In this document: positions 47,413 to 55,923 of the stretch, one piece after another
Position numbering within the stretch: position 1 is the stretch's first letter
Layout: each line of letters starts with the position of its first letter
Source: an uncultured Solirubrobacterales bacterium
Lineage (GTDB): Bacteria > Actinomycetota > Thermoleophilia > Solirubrobacterales > Solirubrobacteraceae
Reading direction: 5' to 3'
Assembly: GCA_963830435.1 (NCBI GenBank)
Contig: CAWHMA010000005.1
Location: forward strand, 264,021-328,020
Length of the DNA: 64,000 bases
Position numbers and translations under genes: made by a program
Notes under the pieces: generated by a model
Databases searched by the model: none
Told to the model about the DNA's origin: nothing
The model's input: only the letters and a program-made list of their open reading frames with translations

Positions 47413-48567
47413 TCATCCCCAGACCGCGTGGTCTGCGCCGGCCGGCGTGCTTGAACCTACCCGCTCGCGAAGCATCAGCGCATCGGCGAGGAACTTCGTC
47501 GCCCAGTTAGGACACGCCAACGGGGCGTAGGAGCCGTAGATCGGGAAGGAACCGGGCAGCGCGCCTCGTAGCTCAGGCATCCGTCCGGCGAGCTGGTGCG
47601 ATGCAGGGTGCTCGACTGCGAGCAGCCCGCTTACCTTGAACGCCGCTTCTCCGGTCAGCTCATGGATGCGCAGCCACGTGCCCCCGAGTTGCACGATCCC
47701 GGTCAAGCAGCGGTATGAGACGGCAGGTGTCCAGTCGGCTCTCCAGGTAGCCGGCAGCGTGCCGCGTTGGCGCAACTGATCCATCAGAACTCGCGACGTC
47801 AGCTTGGCCGCGGACAAATACCGCTCGTCGCCAACAAGGGCATAACTCTCGACGAGACCCCGCAACGTGTACGCGATGCCATGCGTGTTCGGAAGCGTTC
47901 CGGGCTCGAAGGCGCAATGCTCAAACCATCCATTTGGCCGCTGAGTGGACAGGACCCAGTCCAGGTTGCGGCTCGCGGCCTGACGGAAATCGCCGTCGCC
48001 GGTCGCCTCGGCGAGCCGCAGCAGCGCCCAGGAGACCCGGGACTTGTATGTGTGGGGAATCCCTTTGTAGGAGGACTCCCCGCGCCACGCGCCATCAGGA
48101 TGCTGGCGCTCGACTAGGAAACGACCAGCTCGGCTCGCCGCCTCGAGGTATCGCTGATCGTGCGTCGCCGCCAGGAGATCCAGCCACCCGTGCATGACCA
48201 TCCCGGTGTTGAAGGCGATCGATCGACGCCTCCTCCCGTTTATCAGCCCTTGCATTATCCCGCCGTCGGCGGCCTGAACTTCAAGCTCCCAGTCGCCCAT
48301 CTCCCGGGCGCGCTCGATCAGGTCCTCGCGCTCCCGGGGCTGTGCGTAGGCCAACATAGTGCCGATGATGTAACCGGTGGTCTCCGGGAATGCCGGAGCC
48401 CAGCCAGTCAGCAACGAATAGCCGCGCGAGGACCCTCGCCGCCCGGTTGCATCGTGACTGCGAGCGAGCCAATTCACCGCTTCATCGAGCGCCGACTCCT
48501 GGACGCCGTCAGGATGCGGGCGTAGCGCACCGGTCACGCGAGCCGAATCCCGCGCGACTTGTCCCAC
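47413..48567 (-). CDS. alpha/alpha-toroid protein (prenyltransferase/squalene-cyclase-repeat-like)
   Basis: Repeated Q-x-x-x-G-W-like motifs (RQHPDGAWRG, TQRPNGWFEH, AADGGIMQG). No signal peptide. Confidence 0.4.
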   Translation of the reverse strand: MGQVARDSARVTGALRPHPDGVQESALDEAVNWLARSHDATGRRGSSRGYSLLTGWAPAFPETTGYIIGTMLAYAQPREREDLIERAREMGDWELEVQAADGGIMQGLINGRRRRSIAFNTGMVMHGWLDLLAATHDQRYLEAASRAGRFLVERQHPDGAWRGESSYKGIPHTYKSRVSWALLRLAEATGDGDFRQAASRNLDWVLSTQRPNGWFEHCAFEPGTLPNTHGIAYTLRGLVESYALVGDERYLSAAKLTSRVLMDQLRQRGTLPATWRADWTPAVSYRCLTGIVQLGGTWLRIHELTGEAAFKVSGLLAVEHPASHQLAGRMPELRGALPGSFPIYGSYAPLACPNWATKFLADALMLRERVGSSTPAGADHAVWG

Positions 48568-48693
48568 CAGTAGTCCTAGGCGGCGCGCTGTTCCCGCGAT
48601 GCTGTGATGCGAAGTGATCTGATTCTCCCTCTAATCCGGTGACCCCACGGCAAGTCAAGGTCGCGAGTTTGCCAGAACCGGCGCGCCTGTGCG

Positions 48694-50037
48694 TCAGCTT
48701 TGACCTTCCCGATTGCTGCGAACATATCGCCGGTAGTAAACGACGTAGGCCACATAGTTCACCAGCAGCGCCAGGAGGCTCGCCCACGCGGCCCCGGTAG
48801 CACCGTACGGTGGAATCAGGGCAAAGTTGAACACAAGATTACTGATGGTTAGGATGAAAGCCACGGTGCGCATGTCTCGTCCGCGGGCATGCGCGGACAT
48901 GAATATGTTGTAGACGGTGGTCACGCCTCGGACTGCAGTGGCGATGACAAGCGGAATGGCCAGTGGGGCTACGGGGCTGTAGTCCTTCGAGAACACGAGG
49001 TCGACAAGAGTGGGAACGACCAGCACCACGGCGAGTACGCCGGCGGCTCCAATTACCCATGCTGTCACTATCCATCGCCGCTCGATTACCTTCTCGTGCG
49101 ACATTCGGGGGAACAGCGCGGCGGTCAATCCCAGCATCGGAAGGCTCATGAATGCCGCCAGAGCAGAAGCGAGCGCGTAGTAGCCAGTGGACTTGGCGTC
49201 GCTGAACCAGGCCACCATCAGTACGTCCATGTTGTAGGTGCCGATGCTGAAGAAGCGTCCAACGTACATATTGAAAGCCCACGCCCGCGTATCGGCGATG
49301 TAATCGCGGATGTGGATTCGAACTCGCCGGAACCGAGGTTGCAGCCATACCGCGAAGATACCCATCGAGATGACCATGCTGATCGTCATGAGAAGAAAGG
49401 CGGACGTCGCCGAGAACGACGCCCCGGCGCCAACGAGCAGAAGGAGGGAAACGAGCAAGGCGACGCGGCCTAGGAGATTGCTGAGCGAGAACACGTGCAG
49501 GCGGTCCGCGCCCATGGCCAGGAGCTCGCCCAGAAGCGGGAACGTCCACGCCCAAGCGAACACAGAGCCGATGCGTAACACCTCCGCTGAGTGAGTGTGG
49601 AACACGTCGTCGACGAAAAAAGAAGAGCCAAACGTGGCCAACGAGGTCAGCGCCGCGAGGGGGACAAAGCTCGCGAGTGATGCGGCGATGAGTTCGCCGC
49701 GATCCTCGACATGGCTGCGGGCGAGACGACGAGCTGCGGAGGTGAAGACCCCGAAGTCGAACGCCACCGCGACCAAGGTCACAAACGAAACCGCGAAGGA
49801 GAAGCTCCCGAACGAGCTCGGACTCAGTTGACGAGCGAAGATCGCCTTGGCAATGCCGCTCAAGCCTGTGGCGACACCGCTGGCCAGAGCAAACACCATG
49901 GCCTGCCCAACAATCCGCGATGCAAGCAGGCGTCGAAGCAATGTTGATGGCGAGGATTGAATGGCCTCGCCGGGAGCGGTTGTTAACCGGAGGATAGTTA
50001 CGACGCGCTGCGCCCGACGCCGTCTCCAAGCAGTCAT
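48694..50037 (-). CDS. Wzx-type (MOP superfamily) oligosaccharide flippase
   Basis: 447 aa with about 12-14 TM and the typical polysaccharide-biosynthesis-protein hydrophobic pattern. Confidence 0.75.
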   Translation of the reverse strand: MTAWRRRRAQRVVTILRLTTAPGEAIQSSPSTLLRRLLASRIVGQAMVFALASGVATGLSGIAKAIFARQLSPSSFGSFSFAVSFVTLVAVAFDFGVFTSAARRLARSHVEDRGELIAASLASFVPLAALTSLATFGSSFFVDDVFHTHSAEVLRIGSVFAWAWTFPLLGELLAMGADRLHVFSLSNLLGRVALLVSLLLLVGAGASFSATSAFLLMTISMVISMGIFAVWLQPRFRRVRIHIRDYIADTRAWAFNMYVGRFFSIGTYNMDVLMVAWFSDAKSTGYYALASALAAFMSLPMLGLTAALFPRMSHEKVIERRWIVTAWVIGAAGVLAVVLVVPTLVDLVFSKDYSPVAPLAIPLVIATAVRGVTTVYNIFMSAHARGRDMRTVAFILTISNLVFNFALIPPYGATGAAWASLLALLVNYVAYVVYYRRYVRSNREGQS

Positions 50038-51633
50038 TCAGTCGGCTTTCACCGTGCCATCACCACGTCGTACCTCACTCACGTCGATGCCGTGAGGCAG
50101 CCCAGCCAGAATGGAAGCTATGCTGGTCGACCCCGCGAACCGCGGAGTGATCGAAACCTGAGTGTCCGTGTAAGTGACAGCGTCGGCCGCGGGGCGGCGG
50201 CGCCGCGCGCAAAAATCCAGCCGGCCGGCAGCGATCCCTAAGAGGATCGCGAAATACTCGTTCGACGGGATGTAGGGCAGCATTGTCAGTGTGAGCGAGT
50301 ACATGAGGTAAGACACGCTCGCACCGGCGAGTACTGCCCGGAGTACCGCATCTGGTCCCGAACCCCCCGTGCGATTGAGAGCCCGCACCAACCTCCACAC
50401 GCCAACTACGGCCACTAGCAGGACGATGAGCCCGAAGACCCCGTCCTCCGCCAGAACTTCGAAGAAGGAGCTATGTGGATACGGCTCCGACGCTGATCCA
50501 TCAACGGAGACGGCTGGGCGCGCGAGGGCAGCGTTGGTGTAGTTCTGAGCACCCACACCGAAGAGGGGCGCACTCTTGAAGATCTGCCACCCCTGCTCAT
50601 AAGTGGCGAACCGGGTGTAGATGTTTTCGACGTTGTGGACCCGTTGTGCGACGGCCGGAACCTGCTCGAGCTCGACGAACAGCGGTACTGCGATCAAACC
50701 GGCGACGAGCACCGTCGCAATTGCGCGACTTCGGCGGTGAGGGCGCAGGCCCAAGGCCGCGACCAGTACGACGATGGCACTGATCCAGCCGACGCGAAAG
50801 AACGTCAAGAAGATGGCAAGAAGCTCGAGGCCGATTATCCCCAGGGCGGCAAGACGCGGGGCTCCGCTGCGCGCACGGCTGAGAAGCCAGTACATCGTCG
50901 TGGCCAAGCAGATGACGAGCGTGAGGCCGTAAGTCTCGGGGGCGTCATACGGGCCGGAGATCCGTACTTGTCCGATCGCCGGGTCGAACCGCGCCTGCGA
51001 ACCCGAGGCAGTGGCCAGCTCGAAACCCAAGGTGTGCTCAGCGATCCCGATCACCGCCAGCAGGAGACCGGCGACCATCACGCTGAAGGCCATCCGCTCT
51101 GCGAGGCGTGCGTCAGCGCCCACCGCCCGACGAACCAGCGCGAACAGGAGGAGCGGAACTACCAGCGAGTCCACCCACAGTCGTTCTGGATTGAGGGAGG
51201 CAGAGGGGGTCAGCAGCGAGCGTGCGCCGATCACCATGACCAGCAGGAGCAGAGCGAGCATCATCCGCCGAGAAGCCCGCGCATGACTGGCGGCGCGGCC
51301 TCGGGTGAGCAACAGCAGCACCATCCCTCCCACCCAGATGCGATCGAACGCGATGTAGTTGCTCCCCAAGTGGTTGGAGAGCGGATACGCGAGCACGCCC
51401 AACGGCGGCCACAGCCATAGCAGCCTCCAGCCGATCTCGGCGAATACGACCATCAGGGCCAGGCCACCGAGGACGGCCGCCGGGACCAGCGCGAGTTTCG
51501 AAGGCTGTACGAGAGCCCACCCGGTGGCGACTAGGGCGGCGCCGACCACCCCGACCAGGAGGGCGCGCTGAAGCTCTGCCCGAGTCAGCGCGCGGGACCG
51601 AGGCGGATTCGAAACGATTCGAGCGGCACCCAT
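50038..51633 (-). CDS. O-antigen ligase/polymerase-family (Wzy_C domain) membrane protein
   Basis: Polytopic membrane protein with a large loop and the conserved ...YPHSSFFEVLAEDGVFGLIVLL motif of Wzy_C proteins. Confidence 0.75.
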   Translation of the reverse strand: MGAARIVSNPPRSRALTRAELQRALLVGVVGAALVATGWALVQPSKLALVPAAVLGGLALMVVFAEIGWRLLWLWPPLGVLAYPLSNHLGSNYIAFDRIWVGGMVLLLLTRGRAASHARASRRMMLALLLLVMVIGARSLLTPSASLNPERLWVDSLVVPLLLFALVRRAVGADARLAERMAFSVMVAGLLLAVIGIAEHTLGFELATASGSQARFDPAIGQVRISGPYDAPETYGLTLVICLATTMYWLLSRARSGAPRLAALGIIGLELLAIFLTFFRVGWISAIVVLVAALGLRPHRRSRAIATVLVAGLIAVPLFVELEQVPAVAQRVHNVENIYTRFATYEQGWQIFKSAPLFGVGAQNYTNAALARPAVSVDGSASEPYPHSSFFEVLAEDGVFGLIVLLVAVVGVWRLVRALNRTGGSGPDAVLRAVLAGASVSYLMYSLTLTMLPYIPSNEYFAILLGIAAGRLDFCARRRRPAADAVTYTDTQVSITPRFAGSTSIASILAGLPHGIDVSEVRRGDGTVKAD

Positions 51634-51799
51634 CGCAAACGGCTTCCTGCCGTTCGCATCATAGGACTCGAAGCCAGGGTCCTTTGCCGTATTCGTCGAG
51701 AAGGTCTGGATGTCTCGAAAAGCCCCCCGGAAGTCGAGGGCGGTGCTACCTGTTCGGTCGGTATGGAATTAGGGCTAGGCTTGGCGGGGGGCGCGATGA

Positions 51800-52870
51800 A
51801 TGCGAGTCTGGATTGACATCGACAACCCGCCGCAGGTGCAGTATCTGCTTCCCTTCCGGGCCGCGTTCGAGGCCGCGGGAGCGGGGACCGTGATCACGGC
51901 TCGTGACTACGGGAAGACGGTCGAGATGCTCGAGCGCGTCGGGGTGCAGCCGCACGTGTTCGGTCAGCGAGTCGGCAGCAGCAAGCTGCGAAAGGGCGGG
52001 GCCGTCATCCTGCGCGCGCGAGATCAGCAACGCTTGTTCAGACGGGTTGATCGGCCTGATGTGCTTCTGGCAGCCTCCCGAGCTGCCGCCGGGGCTGCCT
52101 GGCGCATGCGCATCCCAAGCTTTGTCATCGGCGACTATGAACACGTACATGTGGCGCTCTTCCGCGTCACCAACTCGACAATTCTGTATCCAGACGTAAT
52201 CGACGGGAGGGTGTGGATACGACGAGGGCTGCGCCGAGATCAGTTGATCCCGTTCAGGGGGATCAAGGAGGATCTGACGTTTGCGGGGATCCATCTGGAC
52301 GCGATCGAGCCCCACGACTTCGGACATGTGGCCGATCAGGCGGTGAGGGTCCTGTTTCGCCCCCCCTCGGAGACCAGCCATTACTACAGGAAGGGCTCCA
52401 GCTCGATGACGAGGGCGGCGCTCGCGCGGCTGGCCCAAGCCGGAGCGCTCGTGGTGTTCTCGCCGCGCGAGCCCGATCAGGTGGCGCTGTTGGATGGACT
52501 CGACTGGGGTCTTCCGCCCGTGGTCCTCGAGCGGACGGTTCCGTTCGTCTCGCTGCTGAAGAGCGTCGACCTGGTCGTGTGCGCGGGGGGAACGATGCTC
52601 CGCGAGGCGGCCTACGTTGGAGTCCCGGCTTACAGCATCTTCCAGAGCGAGATTGGCGGCGTGGACCGCTGGCTGGAGCGGATCGGCCGGGCCAAACTTC
52701 TGACGAGGCCCGAGGACCTCCGCCGAATCGAGCTGCGACGGCGCGGTCCGCTGCAGCGCCTCGACAGCAACCCGCATCTCCTCGACGAGATCGTGGCGAT
52801 CGTAGCTGGGCGGATCGGTGAGAACCCTGCCCGGGGCCACCATCCCTCGGCTCCGTCCGCGGCGCCCTAG
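51800..52870 (+). CDS. DUF354-family protein (GT-B/epimerase-like fold)
   Basis: MRVWIDIDNPPQVQYLLPFRAAFEAAGAGTVITARDYGKTVEMLERVGV matches the characteristic DUF354 N-terminus. Confidence 0.7.
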   Translation: MRVWIDIDNPPQVQYLLPFRAAFEAAGAGTVITARDYGKTVEMLERVGVQPHVFGQRVGSSKLRKGGAVILRARDQQRLFRRVDRPDVLLAASRAAAGAAWRMRIPSFVIGDYEHVHVALFRVTNSTILYPDVIDGRVWIRRGLRRDQLIPFRGIKEDLTFAGIHLDAIEPHDFGHVADQAVRVLFRPPSETSHYYRKGSSSMTRAALARLAQAGALVVFSPREPDQVALLDGLDWGLPPVVLERTVPFVSLLKSVDLVVCAGGTMLREAAYVGVPAYSIFQSEIGGVDRWLERIGRAKLLTRPEDLRRIELRRRGPLQRLDSNPHLLDEIVAIVAGRIGENPARGHHPSAPSAAP

Positions 52871-52925
52871 GGCGGCGTCGTCTGCCCAATCACCGCGCCC
52901 GCCACTAGACGAACGTTGGGTTGGT

Positions 52926-54302
52926 ATGAGGAGTCGTCCCGGTGGAAGGGCTGGTCTTGGCGGGACCATGGTTGCGCGCGCGGGCGGCGCCATGCATCCT
53001 GACGGCGTGCAACCTGTGGCGTCGCAGCCGCTCGCTGGCAACGGGGCCCGTGCGCTTGGGACCGCCGGCGTCCCGCGGCCAGACCTCGACGTAGCCGTGA
53101 TCGGCGCGGGCCCGCACGGGCTGGCGGCGACCATCCAGTTGCGCCGAGCCGGGATTGCCGCGCACGCTTTTGGCCAGCCGATGTCCTTCTGGCGGACCAT
53201 GCCGAAGGGAATGCGGCTGCGCTCGAACCTGAGCGCCACAAACATGGTGGAGCCCGAGGGGCCGCTCTCTCTGCACCGATACATGGAGGAGATCGGCGAG
53301 ACCTTTGGGCATCCCGTGTCGCTGCGCCGGTTCGTCGATTATGGCTTGTGGGTTCAGGGCAACGGCGTGCCTGACCTCGACACCCGCTCAGTCACAGCAC
53401 TTGATCGCACCAACGGGTGCTTTGCCCTCACCCTCAGCGACGGCGAGCGCTGCACGGCGCGGCGTGTCGTCGTCGCGTGCGGGATCGCGCCGTTTGAGCA
53501 CGTGCCGGCTGGATTCGAGCAGCTCGCGCCTGAGCTCGTGTCCCACACCAGTCGACACGAGGACCTGGCAGTCTTTGCCGGGCGGCGCGTCGCTGTCGTG
53601 GGCGGTGGTCAGAGTGCCTTCGAGTGCGCGGTGCTGATGAACGAGCGCGACGCCGACGTGGAGGTGCTGGTGCGCGGCTCGGAGGTCACCTATCTGCGCA
53701 GCTGGTCGCCGATTCACTTCATCGGTCCTCTTCGTCATGTCGTCTACGCGCCAACTGACGTGGGTCCACTGTGGTACAGCCGGCTGGTGGCAGCGCCCGC
53801 GCTGTTTGGCAGGCTGCCGCGCCGCAAGCAGGATCAAATCGCCTACCGCTCGATCCGCCCGGCGTGCTCGTACTTCGTCCAGGTGCGCCTGGACGGTGTC
53901 AGGGTGACGCTGGCGACCAAGCTGATGCGCGCCGAGCCGAGCGGCGACGGGCTGCGTCTCTTCCTTTCAGACGGAACTACGCGGGAGGTCGACCACCTCA
54001 TGTTCGGCACGGGGTACAAGGTCGACGTCACGCAGTACCGTTTTTTGAGCGACAGCATCCTCCGGGAGCTCAGCGTCGTCGACGGTTACCCGGTGCTGGG
54101 GCGCGGTCTGGAGAGCTCGGTAGCGGGCTTGCACATCCTCGGCGCGCCGGCCGCGCGGAGCTTCGGCCCCACCATGCGCTTCGTCTCGGGCAGCTGGTAT
54201 GGGGGACGCGAAGTCGCGGCTGCGCTTGCCCGCAACCTTCGGCCGCGCTCCCTGCGTCGAGCCGTAGATCGCGGATGGCGAAGCTCTCCGAGCAAGGGGT
54301 GA
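52926..54302 (+). CDS. FAD/NAD(P)-binding flavin monooxygenase-like protein
   Basis: Two dinucleotide motifs: DVAVIGAGPHGLA and VAVVGGGQSAFECA. Start uncertain (52818-52992). Confidence 0.6.
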   Translation: MRSRPGGRAGLGGTMVARAGGAMHPDGVQPVASQPLAGNGARALGTAGVPRPDLDVAVIGAGPHGLAATIQLRRAGIAAHAFGQPMSFWRTMPKGMRLRSNLSATNMVEPEGPLSLHRYMEEIGETFGHPVSLRRFVDYGLWVQGNGVPDLDTRSVTALDRTNGCFALTLSDGERCTARRVVVACGIAPFEHVPAGFEQLAPELVSHTSRHEDLAVFAGRRVAVVGGGQSAFECAVLMNERDADVEVLVRGSEVTYLRSWSPIHFIGPLRHVVYAPTDVGPLWYSRLVAAPALFGRLPRRKQDQIAYRSIRPACSYFVQVRLDGVRVTLATKLMRAEPSGDGLRLFLSDGTTREVDHLMFGTGYKVDVTQYRFLSDSILRELSVVDGYPVLGRGLESSVAGLHILGAPAARSFGPTMRFVSGSWYGGREVAAALARNLRPRSLRRAVDRGWRSSPSKG

Positions 54303-54311
54303 CGGCAGCAG

Positions 54312-55451
54312 TCAGCGGTGCCGGGCTTCGATCGCCTGCAGCGCCTGGAACTCCTTCACACAGTCGCCGATGCGCGCGATCTCGTCCTCGCTCAAGTACG
54401 GGTGGACGGGGAGCGAGCAGATCCGTGCCGCGAGCTCCTCGGCGACCGGAAGCGATCCTCCAACGAAGTTCGCGGAGGCGTAGGCCAGGGTGTGATGGAG
54501 CGGGACCGGGTAATGGACTGCGCTCGCAATCCCCGCCATGGCCAGATGTTCGCGGAGGGCGTCACGCTCCTCGGTCTGGACCACAAGATGATGGAAGACG
54601 TGGTCGCCATCGGCGCAGGGCGGCGCGGGCGCTGTCAGCGGGAGGTCCTGCAGGGCATCGCGGAGCGCCGCCCCGATCCGGCGACGACGTGCGTTGCCCT
54701 CGTCAAGGCGGCTCAGCTTGACGCGCAGGATTGCGGCTTGTAACGCGTCCAGGCGGGCGGTCGTTCCAATCAGCTCGTGCCGGTACCTGGTCCGTTCGCC
54801 GTGGCTGCGCAGCATCCTCACCCGCTCGGCCACGCGCTCATCGCTCGTGACCACCGCGCCGCCATCGCCCCACGCCCCCAAATTCTTTGCCGGATAGAAG
54901 GAGAAGCAGCCAGCGTCGCCGATCGAGCCCGCGCGGCGACCATCGATCAGCGCGCCATGGGCCTGGCAAGCGTCCTCTATGACCGCCAGCCCATGCTCAC
55001 GCGCGAGCCCTACGATCGGAGCTAGCTCCACGGTGCGGCCGTGGAGGTGCACCGGGACGACGCAGCGAATCCTGGGCCCGATCGCCGCCTGCACCTGCTC
55101 AACGGTGATCAGCGCCGTATCCGGGTCGACGTCGATGAAGCGCGGCGTCGCCCCCACGTGCGAGACCGCCTCCGCGGTGGCGATGAAGGAGTTCGCCGGG
55201 ACAAGCACCTCATCACCCGACCCGATCTCGAGAGCGCGCAGGGCGAGCGCGAGGGCCTCCGTCCCCGAGGACACGCCGATCGCGTGTTCGGTGTCGCAGT
55301 ACTCGGCGAACTCGGCCTCGAACGCTTCGACCTCGGGCCCGAGCGTAAAAGCCGCGGTGCGGGCGACGCGCCGCACCGTCTCCAGCAGTTCTTCCATCAG
55401 CGCCGGATCGGCATCGTCGAGACGGGTCAGCGGGATGTGGTGATCCAGCAC
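54312..55451 (-). CDS. DegT/DnrJ/EryC1/StrS-family sugar aminotransferase (WbpE-like)
   Basis: VSSGTEALALAL, FYPAKNLGAWGDGGAVV (PLP lysine) motifs. GTG at residue 71 of the ORF (VLDHHIPLTRL) was chosen as start by frame arithmetic. Confidence 0.85.
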   Translation of the reverse strand: MLDHHIPLTRLDDADPALMEELLETVRRVARTAAFTLGPEVEAFEAEFAEYCDTEHAIGVSSGTEALALALRALEIGSGDEVLVPANSFIATAEAVSHVGATPRFIDVDPDTALITVEQVQAAIGPRIRCVVPVHLHGRTVELAPIVGLAREHGLAVIEDACQAHGALIDGRRAGSIGDAGCFSFYPAKNLGAWGDGGAVVTSDERVAERVRMLRSHGERTRYRHELIGTTARLDALQAAILRVKLSRLDEGNARRRRIGAALRDALQDLPLTAPAPPCADGDHVFHHLVVQTEERDALREHLAMAGIASAVHYPVPLHHTLAYASANFVGGSLPVAEELAARICSLPVHPYLSEDEIARIGDCVKEFQALQAIEARHR

Positions 55452-55689
55452 GCTCCGATTGTGCCTGGTGCCAGATGGCCGCTTTGACCAAACTACTCGC
55501 TTGTATAGGGCTGGGCTGCTGCGACTGCGTGTACATGTTCGGCGCAGCTCAGACCTCGACCCACTAGGATCTGCTGCGGACCGTGCTAGGTGGGGCGCTA
55601 GCGGTGCCCTGTACCCGCAATCCGCTCTAGCGGGGCTGAACTCCCCCTCGAGGGGCTGCACGATCCGAGGTCAGCGCCCTGCTTGTGGC

Positions 55690-55800
55690 GGTGATGGTCC
55701 GGTCCCGTCGCGATGGAGACCCGTGAACCAGGTCAGGTCCGGAAGGAAGCAGCCTTAAGCGGTCACCTTCAGGCGCAGCGGGGGTGCCGGACCGGAGTCG
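55690..55800 (+). ncRNA. ffs: signal recognition particle RNA (small/4.5S type)
   Basis: Contains the invariant domain IV core GUGAACCAGGUCAGGUCCGGAAGGAAGCAGCC (55722-55754). It is flanked by complementary arms (GGUCCGG 55697-55703 with CCGGACC 55787-55793; GUGAACC with GGUCAC). It is in the classic position upstream of dnaX. Ends are approximate. Confidence 0.85.
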
Positions 55801-55923
55801 GAATCAGTGGCAGCGCCTTGGATACGGGCCTCGACAGGGGGTGCACGGTCCGCCTGCCCGCCTCGCGGGCGAGCGACGATTGCCCTCCGGCCGTGGCCGC
55901 AGGGGACACTAGACTCGGTCCTC

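Noticed and set aside
48839-50029. 396-aa alternate-frame ORF within the flippase gene
   Set aside because: It is on the same strand in a different frame from a convincing 12-14 TM Wzx protein. It is Arg/His-rich and non-membrane.
51746-53284. 512-aa minus-strand ORF
   Set aside because: It is antisense to DUF354 and the flavoprotein, both of which have diagnostic motifs.
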